Program-made: the position numbers and the translations under genes
NCBI GenBank assembly: GCA_045837725.1
Contig: JBEWZL010000103.1
Span: 1-64,000 of the forward strand
Source of the DNA: Vermamoeba vermiformis
Lineage: Eukaryota
Length of the DNA: 64,000 nucleotides
Direction: 5' to 3'
The notes under the pieces: model-generated
Databases searched by the model: none
What the model was told of the DNA's origin: nothing
Seen by the model: only the letters and a program-made list of their open reading frames with translations
Shown: in pieces, positions 24,001 to 36,024 of the stretch
Layout: each line of letters begins with the position of its first letter
Position numbering within the stretch: the first letter of the stretch is position 1

Positions 24001-26678
24001 TAGCAGACTCCGATACCAATTGCGAGGCCAAGACCCTGTTTGCGTCATCACCCCCTCTAAGAATGCTGGTGTCTTGCCTCTCGAAGTTACTTTCTCAGCT
24101 GAAGGATCTGTCGACTACATGGGCGGATCCGTTACCATGAAATGGGACTTCAATCTCGACGGCAATCCCGATGCCGAGGGTATCTCTGCCAAGCACACAT
24201 TCAACACCCCTGGTATTCAAGTCGTCAAGTTGATTGTGACCGACAGCGCTGGAAGAAGCTCCGGATGCACTGCCTCAATTATTGCCGGCAACGACCCTGC
24301 TAAGATTACTTTGGACATTCCTGTTCCTGGTAGCATCTTCAACTGGGGTGACACTATCCCTTACCGCGCGCGCGTTGACGATCTTGAAGACGGTAGCACT
24401 GCGTAAGTCCCTTACAAAATTTTATCAATTTTATTTCCACGAAGCTAACTCGACTATTTTAGCGCTAATCCTCCTACTATTGACTGCTCGAGCTTAAACG
24501 TTCTTCCTGGTCTCGGTCACGATCGTCACACTCACTCTGGTTTGACTTTCGAAGGTTGCAGCGGTCAAGTCGTTACCTCATCCGAAGGTCACGACACGAG
24601 TACTGACAACTTGTACTTCGTGCTCGACATTCACTACACTGACCGTGGTGCTCCTAACAACGTTCCTAGTATCACCTCACGAGTTTCATTGGCCTTGCAC
24701 CCCGCCATGACTTTGGCTGAGTACTTCACTAACTCCTCGGGCACTGCCTTGACGACTCAAGGTGACGGCCCTGGTCAACAAAAAGTCAACGACATTAACG
24801 ACGGTGATTGGTTGATGTTCTCTGACTACAGTTTGCTCAACATTGACACCGTTACTGTTCGTGCTTCATCCGAGAACCAAGGAACTGTTGAGTTCAGAAT
24901 TGGATCTCCCACTGGTAGACTTCTTGGATCTGGTAAGTAATCCACGTAATTTGGTTAACGAACAAGTATTAATATTATCGCTATAGTCGCTGTTTCGAAC
25001 ACTGGCGCAAATACCTTCCAAGACTTCACGAACCCGATTTCTGACTCGCATCAATACATCCAAATCGAATTCCCCTCGCAAACAACTATTTCCAAGTTGA
25101 CCCTCAACTCTGGTGCCAACGATTACCCTGCTCGTCTTGGATTGATGATTGCTCGTAATATGGGCGAGCCGAATCCTTATGGTGATCCCGTTGACTTTGT
25201 TGCTATTCAAGATGGCGCTGAAACTACGACTTTTGAATTCATTCCTCCTTTGAGCGACATTAAGCGTAAGTATTAGCAAAAACTGAAGATTATGTATGAT
25301 GTTTGGGCTAATGATGTTGTTAGAACTTCGTGTCTATCAGTTGGGTAGTGACACTTCTCGCACTTGGGCCGTTCATGAAATTATTGCTCTCGACTCCGAC
25401 GGCAATATGATCGATACTTCTGGCTGGAACTTGGCTTCGACTTGCAACAACGACGGCAATGAGCTTAAGCAGGCCATTGACAACAACCAAGGCACCGCTT
25501 GGAGCTGCAAAGAGCCTATTGCCCCTGGTACTCAAAACTTGTTCTTGGTGTTCAAGGCCTCCAGTGGCAACAAAAATAACTTGATGACTTTGCACTGGTT
25601 CAGATTCAACGGCCGTGGTGTTGCTGGCACTTCAACTCTCGTCAAGGCCATTGACTGTGGTTTGACCGATGCAGAAAGCTTCACTGGTTCCGACTCCGTT
25701 GTTTACTCCGCTGACATGTACTACTCTGGCGGTGACACTGTCAAAGAAGTTGAATCGATTGCACGTACCACCGACGATCTCTTGTACGGCACTCAACGTG
25801 TTGGCAAGGAGTTCACTTACGCCATTCCACTTGACAACAACCAGCCTTACCAAATCACGCTTAAATTTGCCGAGCTTGTCCACAACACCAGCGGCAAACG
25901 AGTATTTGATATCTATGGAGAAGACAGAATGATGGTGTCTCAGTTCGATATCGTCAAGTCCATTGGAGACAGATATACGGCCATCGATCTTGAGCGCACC
26001 GTAGTTCTTCACGACGGTACTCTCAATTTGAAGTTCGCAGCCTCAGTAGACCAGGCCAGCATTGCTGCCATCGTCGTATCAAAGTTGTTGCAAAGCTCTC
26101 GTATCACGCAGATCCCTGGCATGATCAAGGGCTCGTACTACCGCGATGGTGGATCTGGTATTGGCTATGTCGACGCTACTCCTGGTAACAGCGGAGGTGG
26201 TTGCAGAGCTGACGACGTCGATCTTAAGTCATTCAACAACCCAGCTAGCAACTGTTACGTCACTGACATTGAAAGTGGCGAGTTCTTGCAGTACGATCTG
26301 GATGTCGGAGTTGATGACGTCTTTAACATCGAATTCCGAGTATCTTCTAAGGACAAGGATACCAAGACCTTCGAGATCTATTTGGACGATCAAGCTATCA
26401 CCGACACTGTTCAGTTCAGCACTGACGGATCTGAATCCAACTGGATCACCGTGCAAACTGAAACCAAGACCACTTTGAACCGTGGATACCACTTGCTTAG
26501 AGTTGTGGCTACTTCTTCAAACTGGAACTTCGACTCTATGAACTTCATTTCCAAGAACGGATTGACTCCGAGCTCCTTGTCTCCGACCACGAACAACAAC
26601 CAAAGCAGTTCTGCCGTATCACTATTGGCTCAACTTAGCTATGGATTGGTTGCTTTGATCTTCGCGATGATGGTTTAA
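21023..26678 (+). CDS. Secreted, probably GPI-anchored ThuA + glucose/sorbosone dehydrogenase (GSDH) + PKD + CBM6(F5/8 insert) + malectin + CBM6 protein; 11 exons
   Basis: Signal peptide; ThuA (DHPIAWCQLYDGGRSWYT); GSDH (EDGLLGLALDPNF, CCH, NTNDLRGKILRI, NHGWPY); PKD (PLEVTFSAEGS, WDF, HTFNTPG); CBM6 (DINDGDW); malectin (LKFAEL, GKRVFDI); hydrophobic C-terminus. Ten GT-AG introns identified; the junctions checked are in frame. Confidence 0.9.
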
Positions 26679-26907
26679 GAAACTTCTTTCGCACAATTTT
26701 GAAACATTTTTTTTGCTCTTGTGTACATACTTTTTTGTAACTTTTATAAATATTTAAAACCTAATCGTTGTGCGCAATATTCTTCATGAGTATGTATTGG
26801 CATCGCGACAATTTGGTTCGTTAAAAAAAAATTGAGCGGTAAATTTATCTAAATAATTATTTGCCGTTACAAAACACAACATATCAAAGCTTTTACGCTA
26901 GGTAGCG

Positions 26908-28808
26908 ATGTCTAACAAACGAAAGATCGAGGATGACGACGTAGATCTGCCAAAAAAGGTTAGAATTAAATAAGAATACTTTTTTCTTTCAAAAATGTTA
27001 TAGCAACGTTTCTTTAGCGCCAAAAAATCGAAGAAAATTCAAACAATGATGGTGCATCAAAAGAGGACGATTCTGAGGATTCAAACTCTGAAGACAGCCG
27101 ATCAGATTTTAACGATTACCAAATAAGAGATTTATTGGCGCCGCATGAGCTATATGTAATCAAAAAAGATCCACGAAATAAGGAAATATTCGCAGACGTC
27201 TATAGCAACGATATTACTTCACAACGAAAGCGAGATCTAGATCCAGCACCGTTTAGTACATCCGATTTGCTCCTTCCAATAGATACGATTGCTTTAGTAC
27301 TGCAATATTGTAGTGCTGATACCATATTATGTTTTTCTATGACAGCCAAAGCAATGTTGCCGATTATATTTCGAGCCCGCAGATGGCGGCTTCCACACGA
27401 GCTCAAGAACTTTTACTTCAATCGAGATCAGCAACGATATAATATCAATATCAAAGACGATATTGATTGGATTGAGGAGTATAAGCGGAACAGTTTCAAT
27501 GCCAACCGAATTCAAGATCTGATCCAAGAAATTTCGAGAAAGATAACGGAGCAGCCTGATATTAGCTGGAAAGATGAAAATGATCAGACTTTATTTTATC
27601 CTGGGCTATCAGATGACGAGCTCGACGAATGGGAGCGAAAAAATAATTATTTGTTGACGAACGATCTACGCCAACTTTACAAGGTAAGTTCAAAATTAAA
27701 GTATATTCTATAATAGCGTCAATAATTATAGTGCTGTAATGGTGCGAAATTTCGTATGGTCGATTTGGAAGGCGAAAAATTAACGGAGGATTACTGGCTA
27801 CACGTACCAGATTTTTTCCTGCCAAAGCTCGAAAACGTAACTGTCAGCAATGAATTTTCACTGAAAAGATTAGAAACTGCAGCAGCGGATGGAACTTTTT
27901 TTGACGAGATGGAACATTCCGATGATGACGAGGTGTATGAAGATACAAATTTTTTCACGGAGCTTGATCCGCGGATCTATCGTGATCACCTGCAGCGGGA
28001 GAAAGTTACATTGACTGAAGACGATTTCAAAAGCGACGAATCAGATGGAAGTTATAGCGAAATTTCAAACGATGGAGACCATAAGATGAAAGTGAAGGGA
28101 GACCAAGAAACACTTACTTGTTGCGACAGTGATGGGGAGTCATCGGAATATTCTTCGGAGAATTCCAGCGACGGAGAAATTCCGCCAAACGACAACGGAC
28201 TGAAAATTATGCTGAACTTTGGCCAATGCCGAGACATTTCAAATCCAGACGATCCTTGGAACGAAGCAGGAACGTATGAACTAATGTACGAGCCTATTAT
28301 GTGTTGTATATACACCATCATGCGAGTATTGCCGTCGAAACAAGTTTGCTTCGCGAATAACTACAGATCCATCGTGGAATGGCTCCAGGAAATTTCCGAT
28401 CACTTAGATGATCCGCGATCTCATTATTGGGTAGTTTCAATCCCACGCCATGATGGGCCATTTCTTATTTTGAACAAAGATCCTTGGGGCTGGCGAACTC
28501 TCGACACCGATCTCGGAGATTTTTGGGACAAATTTCCGTGGGCGCTGATCTGCGCTGAAATATTGCAGTATAATTTTTTCGACAATGAATTATTGTATAT
28601 GCCTCCTAGATGCAACAAAATGCTCGCAGCAGCAGCTCAAGAGTTCATGGTCAAAGTTTTTGAACGAGCCAATCAGCTCGAAACGAGCGATCATCTTCGT
28701 GCTGAAACACTCGCTGTGGCCGCTAAAGAATTAGGACTGAGTGGATACGAGAAAACAAGTTTCAAGAGATTTTTCCAGACTGGAGACGATAAAATTATTA
28801 AGTTGTAA
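26908..28808 (+). CDS. F-box + SMI1/KNR4 protein with acidic insert and C-terminal histone-fold-like region; 3 exons
   Basis: F-box LLLPIDTIALVLQYCSADTILCFSMTAK. SMI1 motif PGLSDDELDEWERKNNYLLTNDLRQLYK|CCNG spans the intron starting near 27683. Confidence 0.72.
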
Positions 28809-28936
28809 AACGTTTCAGTATTATTGTAGCGAGTAAGATATTTGTTCAAATAAAGATTAGTGCAAATAGACTATGTTTCTAAGAATTCACGCAAGGAATT
28901 TCAGAACTCTGAACGAATTTTTGCAGCAGGTCCCTT

Positions 28937-31198
28937 CTACCTTAACACAAAATTCAATGTGCCTGCCCAACAATATTTTTTCTTATATTGTTCCACTAAT
29001 ATAATTAGCAACACATAGCATCGTGAAAAGCTATCGTATCTAGGTTCGCCAGAGGAAGATTTCTCGTGGTAAGGTCGGATCGTTCGATCCGTTTTTGAAG
29101 TCAAATCGAAAAATTTCTCAAGCAAGTTTATTCTGCGTCCATACCCTCGTATAGAGGCCATATATGATAACAATAGGTCCTATCAGCGATATCGAGGTAG
29201 CCTCTAATCCCATCCGGTGCGATCCACGCTGATTTATCTCCTAAAAAGTAAGTAAGTATAAGAGCATGAAATTAATTGCTTGATAATATATATACCTAAC
29301 ATATTAATAGGATGCACATTGACATTAGCGCATTGTAAAAAAATCAATCGTTCGTTTTGTTCGAAAAAGACGGATGCGCTAACTTGCGTCAGCCTAGTTC
29401 GGTGAACTAAAAATCCGGTCCAAGAAGAAATTCCGCTTAATACTTCAATATTAACTTCAATAGGAGGTATCATCCAGTCTTTCATATATTCTTCGTTAAA
29501 ATTGAAGTCAACGTCTTTTGAAATCAGATCGGCTTGTAAAAGTTCAGATCTGCTCGCTGAATAGTAATTCTCTCGTTTTTTCCTAATATGGTTATTAGTG
29601 TTTTCTTCGTCATATTGAATATAATTTAAATTTACCTGAGTTCCAAGAAAGTATGGTTTTGCGGATGTAGCGCACGACAATGAGCGCACAAGTCACAATT
29701 TCGCTTATTATGCGAGCATATCATACATCTATATACTGCGCCATAAATAGGATATGCTTCGCAATTCGAGCAGCTAGTCAAATGAACCCTCGTGATCGGA
29801 TCTACATCCGAACGAAAAATTTTAATCTTGACTATACTATTATAAATATATATATACGACTTACTATTTGTTATTTGACGTAATCCAGTTGTCGGATGTT
29901 TGAGGAAATTATTAGCTCTTAATACGAGATATTCTTCTTTCGGTGCCTTGAAATAACATTCGCCGCAAAATTTTTTCATGAAATTGCTAGACTCGCTAGC
30001 GTACCTATTATAGTAAATAATAGTGAGACCTATATATAATTATAGTAGTAGTAATAGGGTCATAAATGATCTTACAAAAGTGATCCGGTGATTGGTGATT
30101 TTGAACAAAGGCTGCATTTGTCTCCATGATGATCATTTACTAATATAGCAATGTTTAAATAACCAATGGTATTACCAAATAAGGAAATTATACACTTACG
30201 ATCTCGCAAAGGTAGATCCAACATTGCATCCACGGCTCTTTTACGAACTGAATGCTCCAACCTTGGCCAATCTTGAAATGCGAAGAGAAATTTCATTAAG
30301 CCATAATTTTCCATTATAATCTTGTTTCTATCATCTGCAAATGAAAATTTGGTGAGTAAAGTAGCCGATCTAATTCCAGACATCGAAATTTTTTTTCATA
30401 CCGGTTATTAATAGCTCAATAAATTCTAGAACCATGTAAATATCTCCTTTAATATTGCTAAAAAAAATATGATGCACTTCAAGGTCAACTAAGATTCTGA
30501 CCGCAACTCCGGGATCTGATCAGCGTCAAAAAAATTTTGTTAGAAATGACTTTACAAAACTAATAATAAGAAATATGAAGAATATTATACTAACATTTTT
30601 CTATTAGGGCCTTGATTGCTTTAAAGTCTTCATCGGAAGGAGCCGTTGGTTTTAGTCTCTCGATCTAGATCGCAAAATTAATCTCGTAAATAATGCAAGT
30701 AAAATAATAATAAGGCTTGTATACTTACCATTTTGTTTACTTCAATAAAGCAAAGTTCATACGATAACAAAACGTCCTTGTAGTCGATCGGATCTGAGTT
30801 GGTTTCCAAAAAATTCTTGTCTCGGACGCTATTGAATCTGCAAATATTTATTAAATATATATTTAATTATTACTTGTAATATTCGGGACGGGAGGATGAG
30901 ATTCTTGATGTAGGATAAAATAAAAAATCGATAATTATTTTAAATCTTACCTTTGTTTAAATAATGATATCCAAATTACCTTAGAATTACACAACTCTTT
31001 GAATATTTTTTTCGTTCGTGCCATTCGAAATACGTGAAGCAGATCAAGGTATTCAAAAATATGTTCCAAAATCTCTATAGGCAAGGCTTCGATAATAGAC
31101 TCGTCATTTTCAGTAACACCGTCAATATTTGTTAAATCATCACTAGCAATCGGATCATTTGGAAAGACATGTTCGTCCGTGTTGTTCCATCCGTCCAT
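28937..31198 (-). CDS. F-box protein with two ZZ-type zinc fingers, multi-exon
   Basis: F-box IEALPIEILEHIFEYLD; ZZ motifs HHGDKCSLCSKSPITG..FCGEC and CSNCEAYPIYGAVYRCMIC..CDLCAHC..HPQNHTFL. 3' end is either 28937 or 29128. Confidence 0.75.
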
Positions 31199-31393
31199 TC
31201 GTGCATTACAAGATTGAACGATGAGCAAGTTATATACTTATGTTTGAAAGGGGCAAAAGTACTTTTTGATTTAAAAGAATACATGCGTAATTTACTTCAT
31301 TGCTACAATACTTTTACTCGGTAAGTTCGGATCTGATACTTTACATAATTGTAACAATTACTATTAGCCTAATGTTATAAATTTACAGTAATT

Positions 31394-33136
31394 TTACAAG
31401 AATGAATCAACAGGTTGTATTTCCGTGCGATCCGAGTCGAAGATGGACTTGATGAGTGGTTCAAATGACTTCAATCCTGGATAACGAACGTAACTGAAAC
31501 TTAACTGCCAAATCTCACGAGGGAGCTGCATGAATAGGTGACTTCGAGCAATGACGTGAATTATCAGTGCTGTGTTTTCGTACCGTTGTTTCATCAACTC
31601 GGAATTGCGTCGTGAAATTTCGGATCCGTTACCGATGCACGTGCATTCTATTTTAGTAAGCACGTAGTTATTTTCCAACGCCCTCATTACCGCTAACTGT
31701 GTTTCTTTGTTAAACGGCTTGAACGAATGTACTGTCAGTTCGCGCAAGGTCTCGCTGGCGTTAATAAATTCTATCAATTCGTTCGTGTGTATTCCACCAG
31801 CTGCTTTAATAGACAGCGCTTTTAACGTAGTGTTTTGCTTCATGATGTTGCTGTAGAACTGCGGAAGTGGTTCACTCAGATTATCCATGTTGACACGTGT
31901 CAAAGTGTCATTGATCGTTAGCGCTTGTTCGATGTCGTGCTGAATCTCGCGCGAGAATCTTCCAACAAGAGACAAGCTTCTGAGAGTCTTATTGTTGCGG
32001 ATCAAATTGTGCAAGAGCTTTAAATCGCCCCGTGGTGCTAGCGTCAGATCTGTGATGGATGCGTTCACTGAAAGTGCCAAGAGCAGCGTGTCGTGGAATT
32101 CGTTTTCTGCAAATTTTAGTTTTCCAATTATTCTAGTTTGCGAAGTGATTGAGTTGTTTTCAAGAATTGAATGAGCGGAATTGCTGAGCCAGAAATGAAC
32201 ACATCGCAAAGTGTCAAACTTTTCACTGAACTGTTGACTGTCAATCCACCGAAGAATCTTTGCAAAGCTTCTGATGGCTCAGGCGTGATCTCTATTGAGT
32301 CGAGACGTATCTCGGTGAGTGTTGTGTTGCTTTTCAAACAATCCCCAAGTGGTCCAATGTCGAGCTTGGTGGCCTGGTTCGTCAATAGGCCCAACGTTAC
32401 AGCTGGTCTAATAAGGCCGAGAACTGTCACCGACTTATTGTGCTTGAGACCCTCGGCCAATGACTGCATTTCTGGAGCCGAAAGAAAGCAACACACTTTG
32501 AGCTCAGTGATGACATTGTTGCATTTCAAAAAGTTGAAAAAGTTTACTGCTGCGTTTGCGTCTATCGCGGTTTGGAAACTCTTATCGCTCCAAAATGAAG
32601 GTTCGTCACTAATTTCCAATTTTCTGATCATTTTGTTGCGCGCAAGACCGTTCGAAAACTGCTTCCAATCGTTGGGAACAGATCGATCTAAATTAGCCTT
32701 TAACTTCGTAATTGAAGTATTATTGCCAATAGCTGCATATAAGTAGCTGCGATTCGTACCATGGCTCGCTGAAAAAGTGAGATCCAGTGTTTTAAGCGTA
32801 GATGTTTGAGACAGTGCAGATCCAAAGCACTTGAAATCACATTTGAACGGAAAATTGTGCGACAAAACAAGCGCTTCGATTAAATATTCATTCGTTCGGA
32901 GGCTTTGAGCAAGCCACTCTTCGAAACGACGCGCATCTGCGATTTCAGTGTCCACCTCCGTTCGCTTGAGTATATCTGACCGCTGTAAATATTCATATGC
33001 GTTTCTAGAACCATTTCCTGTGATTTTCTGATTTATGCAAAGCCGTTAGTATTTTTGAGATTATTTTAGGCGCGAAAGATCTCCTTACCACGCCAAGGCC
33101 TCGGCCGAGCCTGGTGGCAATAATCTTTACATCCAT
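31394..33136 (-). pseudogene. RNI-like leucine-rich repeat protein with C-terminal F-box-like motif, interrupted by a 1-nt frameshift near 32130 (pseudogene or assembly error)
   Basis: Repeats of the LxxNxxLxxLxL type. Exon 1 MDVKIIATRLGRGLGV splices in frame to the long exon. The LRR pattern switches frame at CTAGAATAATTGGA with no phase-compatible intron. Confidence 0.65.
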
Positions 33137-33592
33137 CTCGAGGTAATATTGATTAAATTTGGACAATTAAATCCATCATTCCGCCTAATCAAGTTGGGGA
33201 CCATGTTTTGGGACTCGATCTTGAAATTAGATCAGAGTCCCCAGTCCTGTCATCGAAGCATTGCAAATCTTGAAGATAATAATAATATCTTAAGCGTGAC
33301 ATCTATTTAATAAAGCTGATTTATGCCAGCCAATCTGAAGTCAAGATCGGAATCTTCCTCCGCATTGCTATTCTTCATAAGGTACCTGCTGCTGTGCTAG
33401 TTTCTGTTACAGAAAGGCAATTAAAAAGCACACTTACAACTGTCGCGCGGCTGAGCTCAAGATTTTTGTCAGTGGATTTTTTGTAATCGCTTTTGTCAAC
33501 GTTTAACGGCGCTAAAGTACTTATTGTTGTACACACGAGGCAAATTCATTAATTGCGCGGTTCTAAGAAATATTTAATAGAAGATCAGACAG

Positions 33593-35960
33593 ATGTCAAA
33601 GCAGTAAGTTGACATTTGGATCAGATTTTTATTGGAACATCGATAAAATATTAAATCAATGCAAAAATGATACGTAGAATTGCATAGGATTAACTTCGCG
33701 TGTTTTCAGATTATCGATCCGTGACAGAATTGCTTTCTTTGCGAAGATTGAATCAGAACGCGCCGAAAAGCAAGGTAATAATTGACAAAAATTATGATTA
33801 TATAATAGAGACTGTATTTCAATCAAGTACAGCGACTGAATCTAGATTTTTTTGTGAGCCAGAAATTGCGCTTGCCTTCTAGACGTTGATTACAAAGATC
33901 TATGTCTAATATTATATTTATCAAGGGGGTCAATGGAATAAAGGGGTTACAATCGTTAAAGACAACGATCTGCCCAAATCCGTCTCTGCACCTCAAATAA
34001 AGACGACTGCCGTCACCTCTCCTCGTGAAAATAAGATTATTAAAGTGAATGAGTCAGTAGGAGTACCTAAACCAGCGGAACCAACTCTTACAGCGCAATC
34101 CGCTCAAATTTCTACGACAGCTCAAAATAGCAACACAACTGCCCCTCTTGAAACAAATCAAACCAGTTCTAATGCACCGAGAGTATTTACAAGAAAAATT
34201 AATATCGAAACTCCAACAGTCACACCACAATCAGCAACGAAGGTCAGCATCTCAGATGAAGATGTAGACAAGTTAATCGATCAGGTGCTTGAAAAGCAAA
34301 AAGAAAATAAGCCCGACGAAGACAATGTATCAATCACGTACAAGGCGCCTTCTTTAGTCACTTTGAAGCTAAATACGGGAACAGGCCCGGCAAGCGATCC
34401 AAATCCACCTGTTTCCGTTCCTATGACAACCTTAGTCCCAAATAGCGCCGCACAAAACAATATATCCGCTCCTATAATTTCTAAGAATGTCGTTTCGGTT
34501 GCAGTCCCCGCTGTAAATTCAGGACCGGCGAGAGTTTTGGGGTACGTAAATTTTTAACTCATACAATATATTCCTTGAGGCTATTAATACTCTTAAAAAT
34601 CATAAAATATTATACATGTACGGTAGATATTAATATTTTGATTTAGACACGGAAAACAGCCTTCGTTGCAAGATGTTCAACAAGCCATCAAGAAAACGCA
34701 GTTACAAAAGGCTGAATCTCAAATCCAACGAGAACAAAGGCAAAAATTTATCAATTTACCTGATCAAACGTAAGTGGCGTTAATTACAACATCAAAGAAA
34801 CTTGGGATCAGCTTTGGACCAACTAATTTTTCGTTACACTTGAACAATTATTTATTCTATTGTTTAGTCGTACCGGCCGTAGATTATCTAAAGCAGAACG
34901 CAAAGAATTTCGTCAAACGAGGCGCAATACTGTCGTGGACCAAAAAAGTCAGGTCGAATCTCGGATCAACGAGTTCATTAAGACCTTGCAGACTTTTGAA
35001 CGTTTGGTAAGTTCGCTGCATCCATATCTTATATTTCAACAGGGTTCTGTAGAGCATTTTGACCAAGATCTAACGAGATCTATTAGCTGGACAAAGAACG
35101 AGAAGAAACTCGAGCCGTTGTTGGCCGCTTAGAGCTTGTAACCGGATTATTGGCACTAGCAAATACTGAAATGGATAATATGAAACTTAGCATTGACAAG
35201 CTAGTCGAAGAACATAAAAAATCTTCCAACAAAGGTAAGACAGGATCGAATTTAAATTGCTACCTTGATTTGGTTTATCGTTAATAATATTAATTGTTGG
35301 TATGAGTTCTATTTTCATATGGAATATATGAATATTAAATATTGAGAGTGTTATCTAACGCATCTAAACTTAGATCCGGACTTCAGCAACAGTTTGACGA
35401 CGTTCCAAGACCAGTTTTGGAAATTTAGGCATAATTTTGACGTTCAAGTAGCAAAATCAACAAAAGAATTGCGAAGCCAAGACGGTGATAGTTTGGCGAG
35501 AGGATCTGCTGCAATTACACCGTCACAAGCCCAAGCATTAAATAACGCTAATAATGCGAACAATAATGCTACAAATATACCTAATGCACCGCCAGCACCG
35601 AGCTTCAAATCAATTGATCAAAAAACTGGAAAATTATCGGTTACTCCATTCTCAGGTACTTATTTATCTTATTTATTATTTATTTAATATAGCCTCTATT
35701 ATCGCAATTATGAACGCCTATTATGTTGTAAATGACTCACGTTTTTTTTGTTAGCGTTCTTGGAGCAGATCCAGAAAGGCGTTGCGTTGAAGAAAACAGA
35801 GTGCGAAAACATGCGCAAAGAAAAAGAAGAAAGCATGAAACGATCGCTTAATGTCGCTGATTCATTAGGTGCGTTGTTGAAAGAAGCGTTGGACTCGCGA
35901 CAAATGTATTTAGAAGCCATGTCATCGAGCGACGAAGAAGAACGAGAAGCTGATTGGTAA
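33593..35960 (+). CDS. Actin nucleation-promoting-factor-like protein with C-terminal WH2-central-acidic (WCA) module, about 8 exons
   Basis: Spliced start MSKQLSIRDRIAFF; P/T-rich region; coiled coil; last exon AFLEQIQKGVALKKT...SLGALLKEALDSR...SSSDEEEREADW*. Confidence 0.75.
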
Positions 35961-36024
35961 AAAAATGTAAACGTCTTTATGTACAATAATACTAGTATTT
36001 ACATATATATGTATATGATTATTA

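Noticed and set aside
22581-26492. Long antisense and alternate-frame ORFs over the ThuA-GSDH gene
   Set aside because: Expected by-product of strong codon bias on the sense strand; no recognisable protein features.
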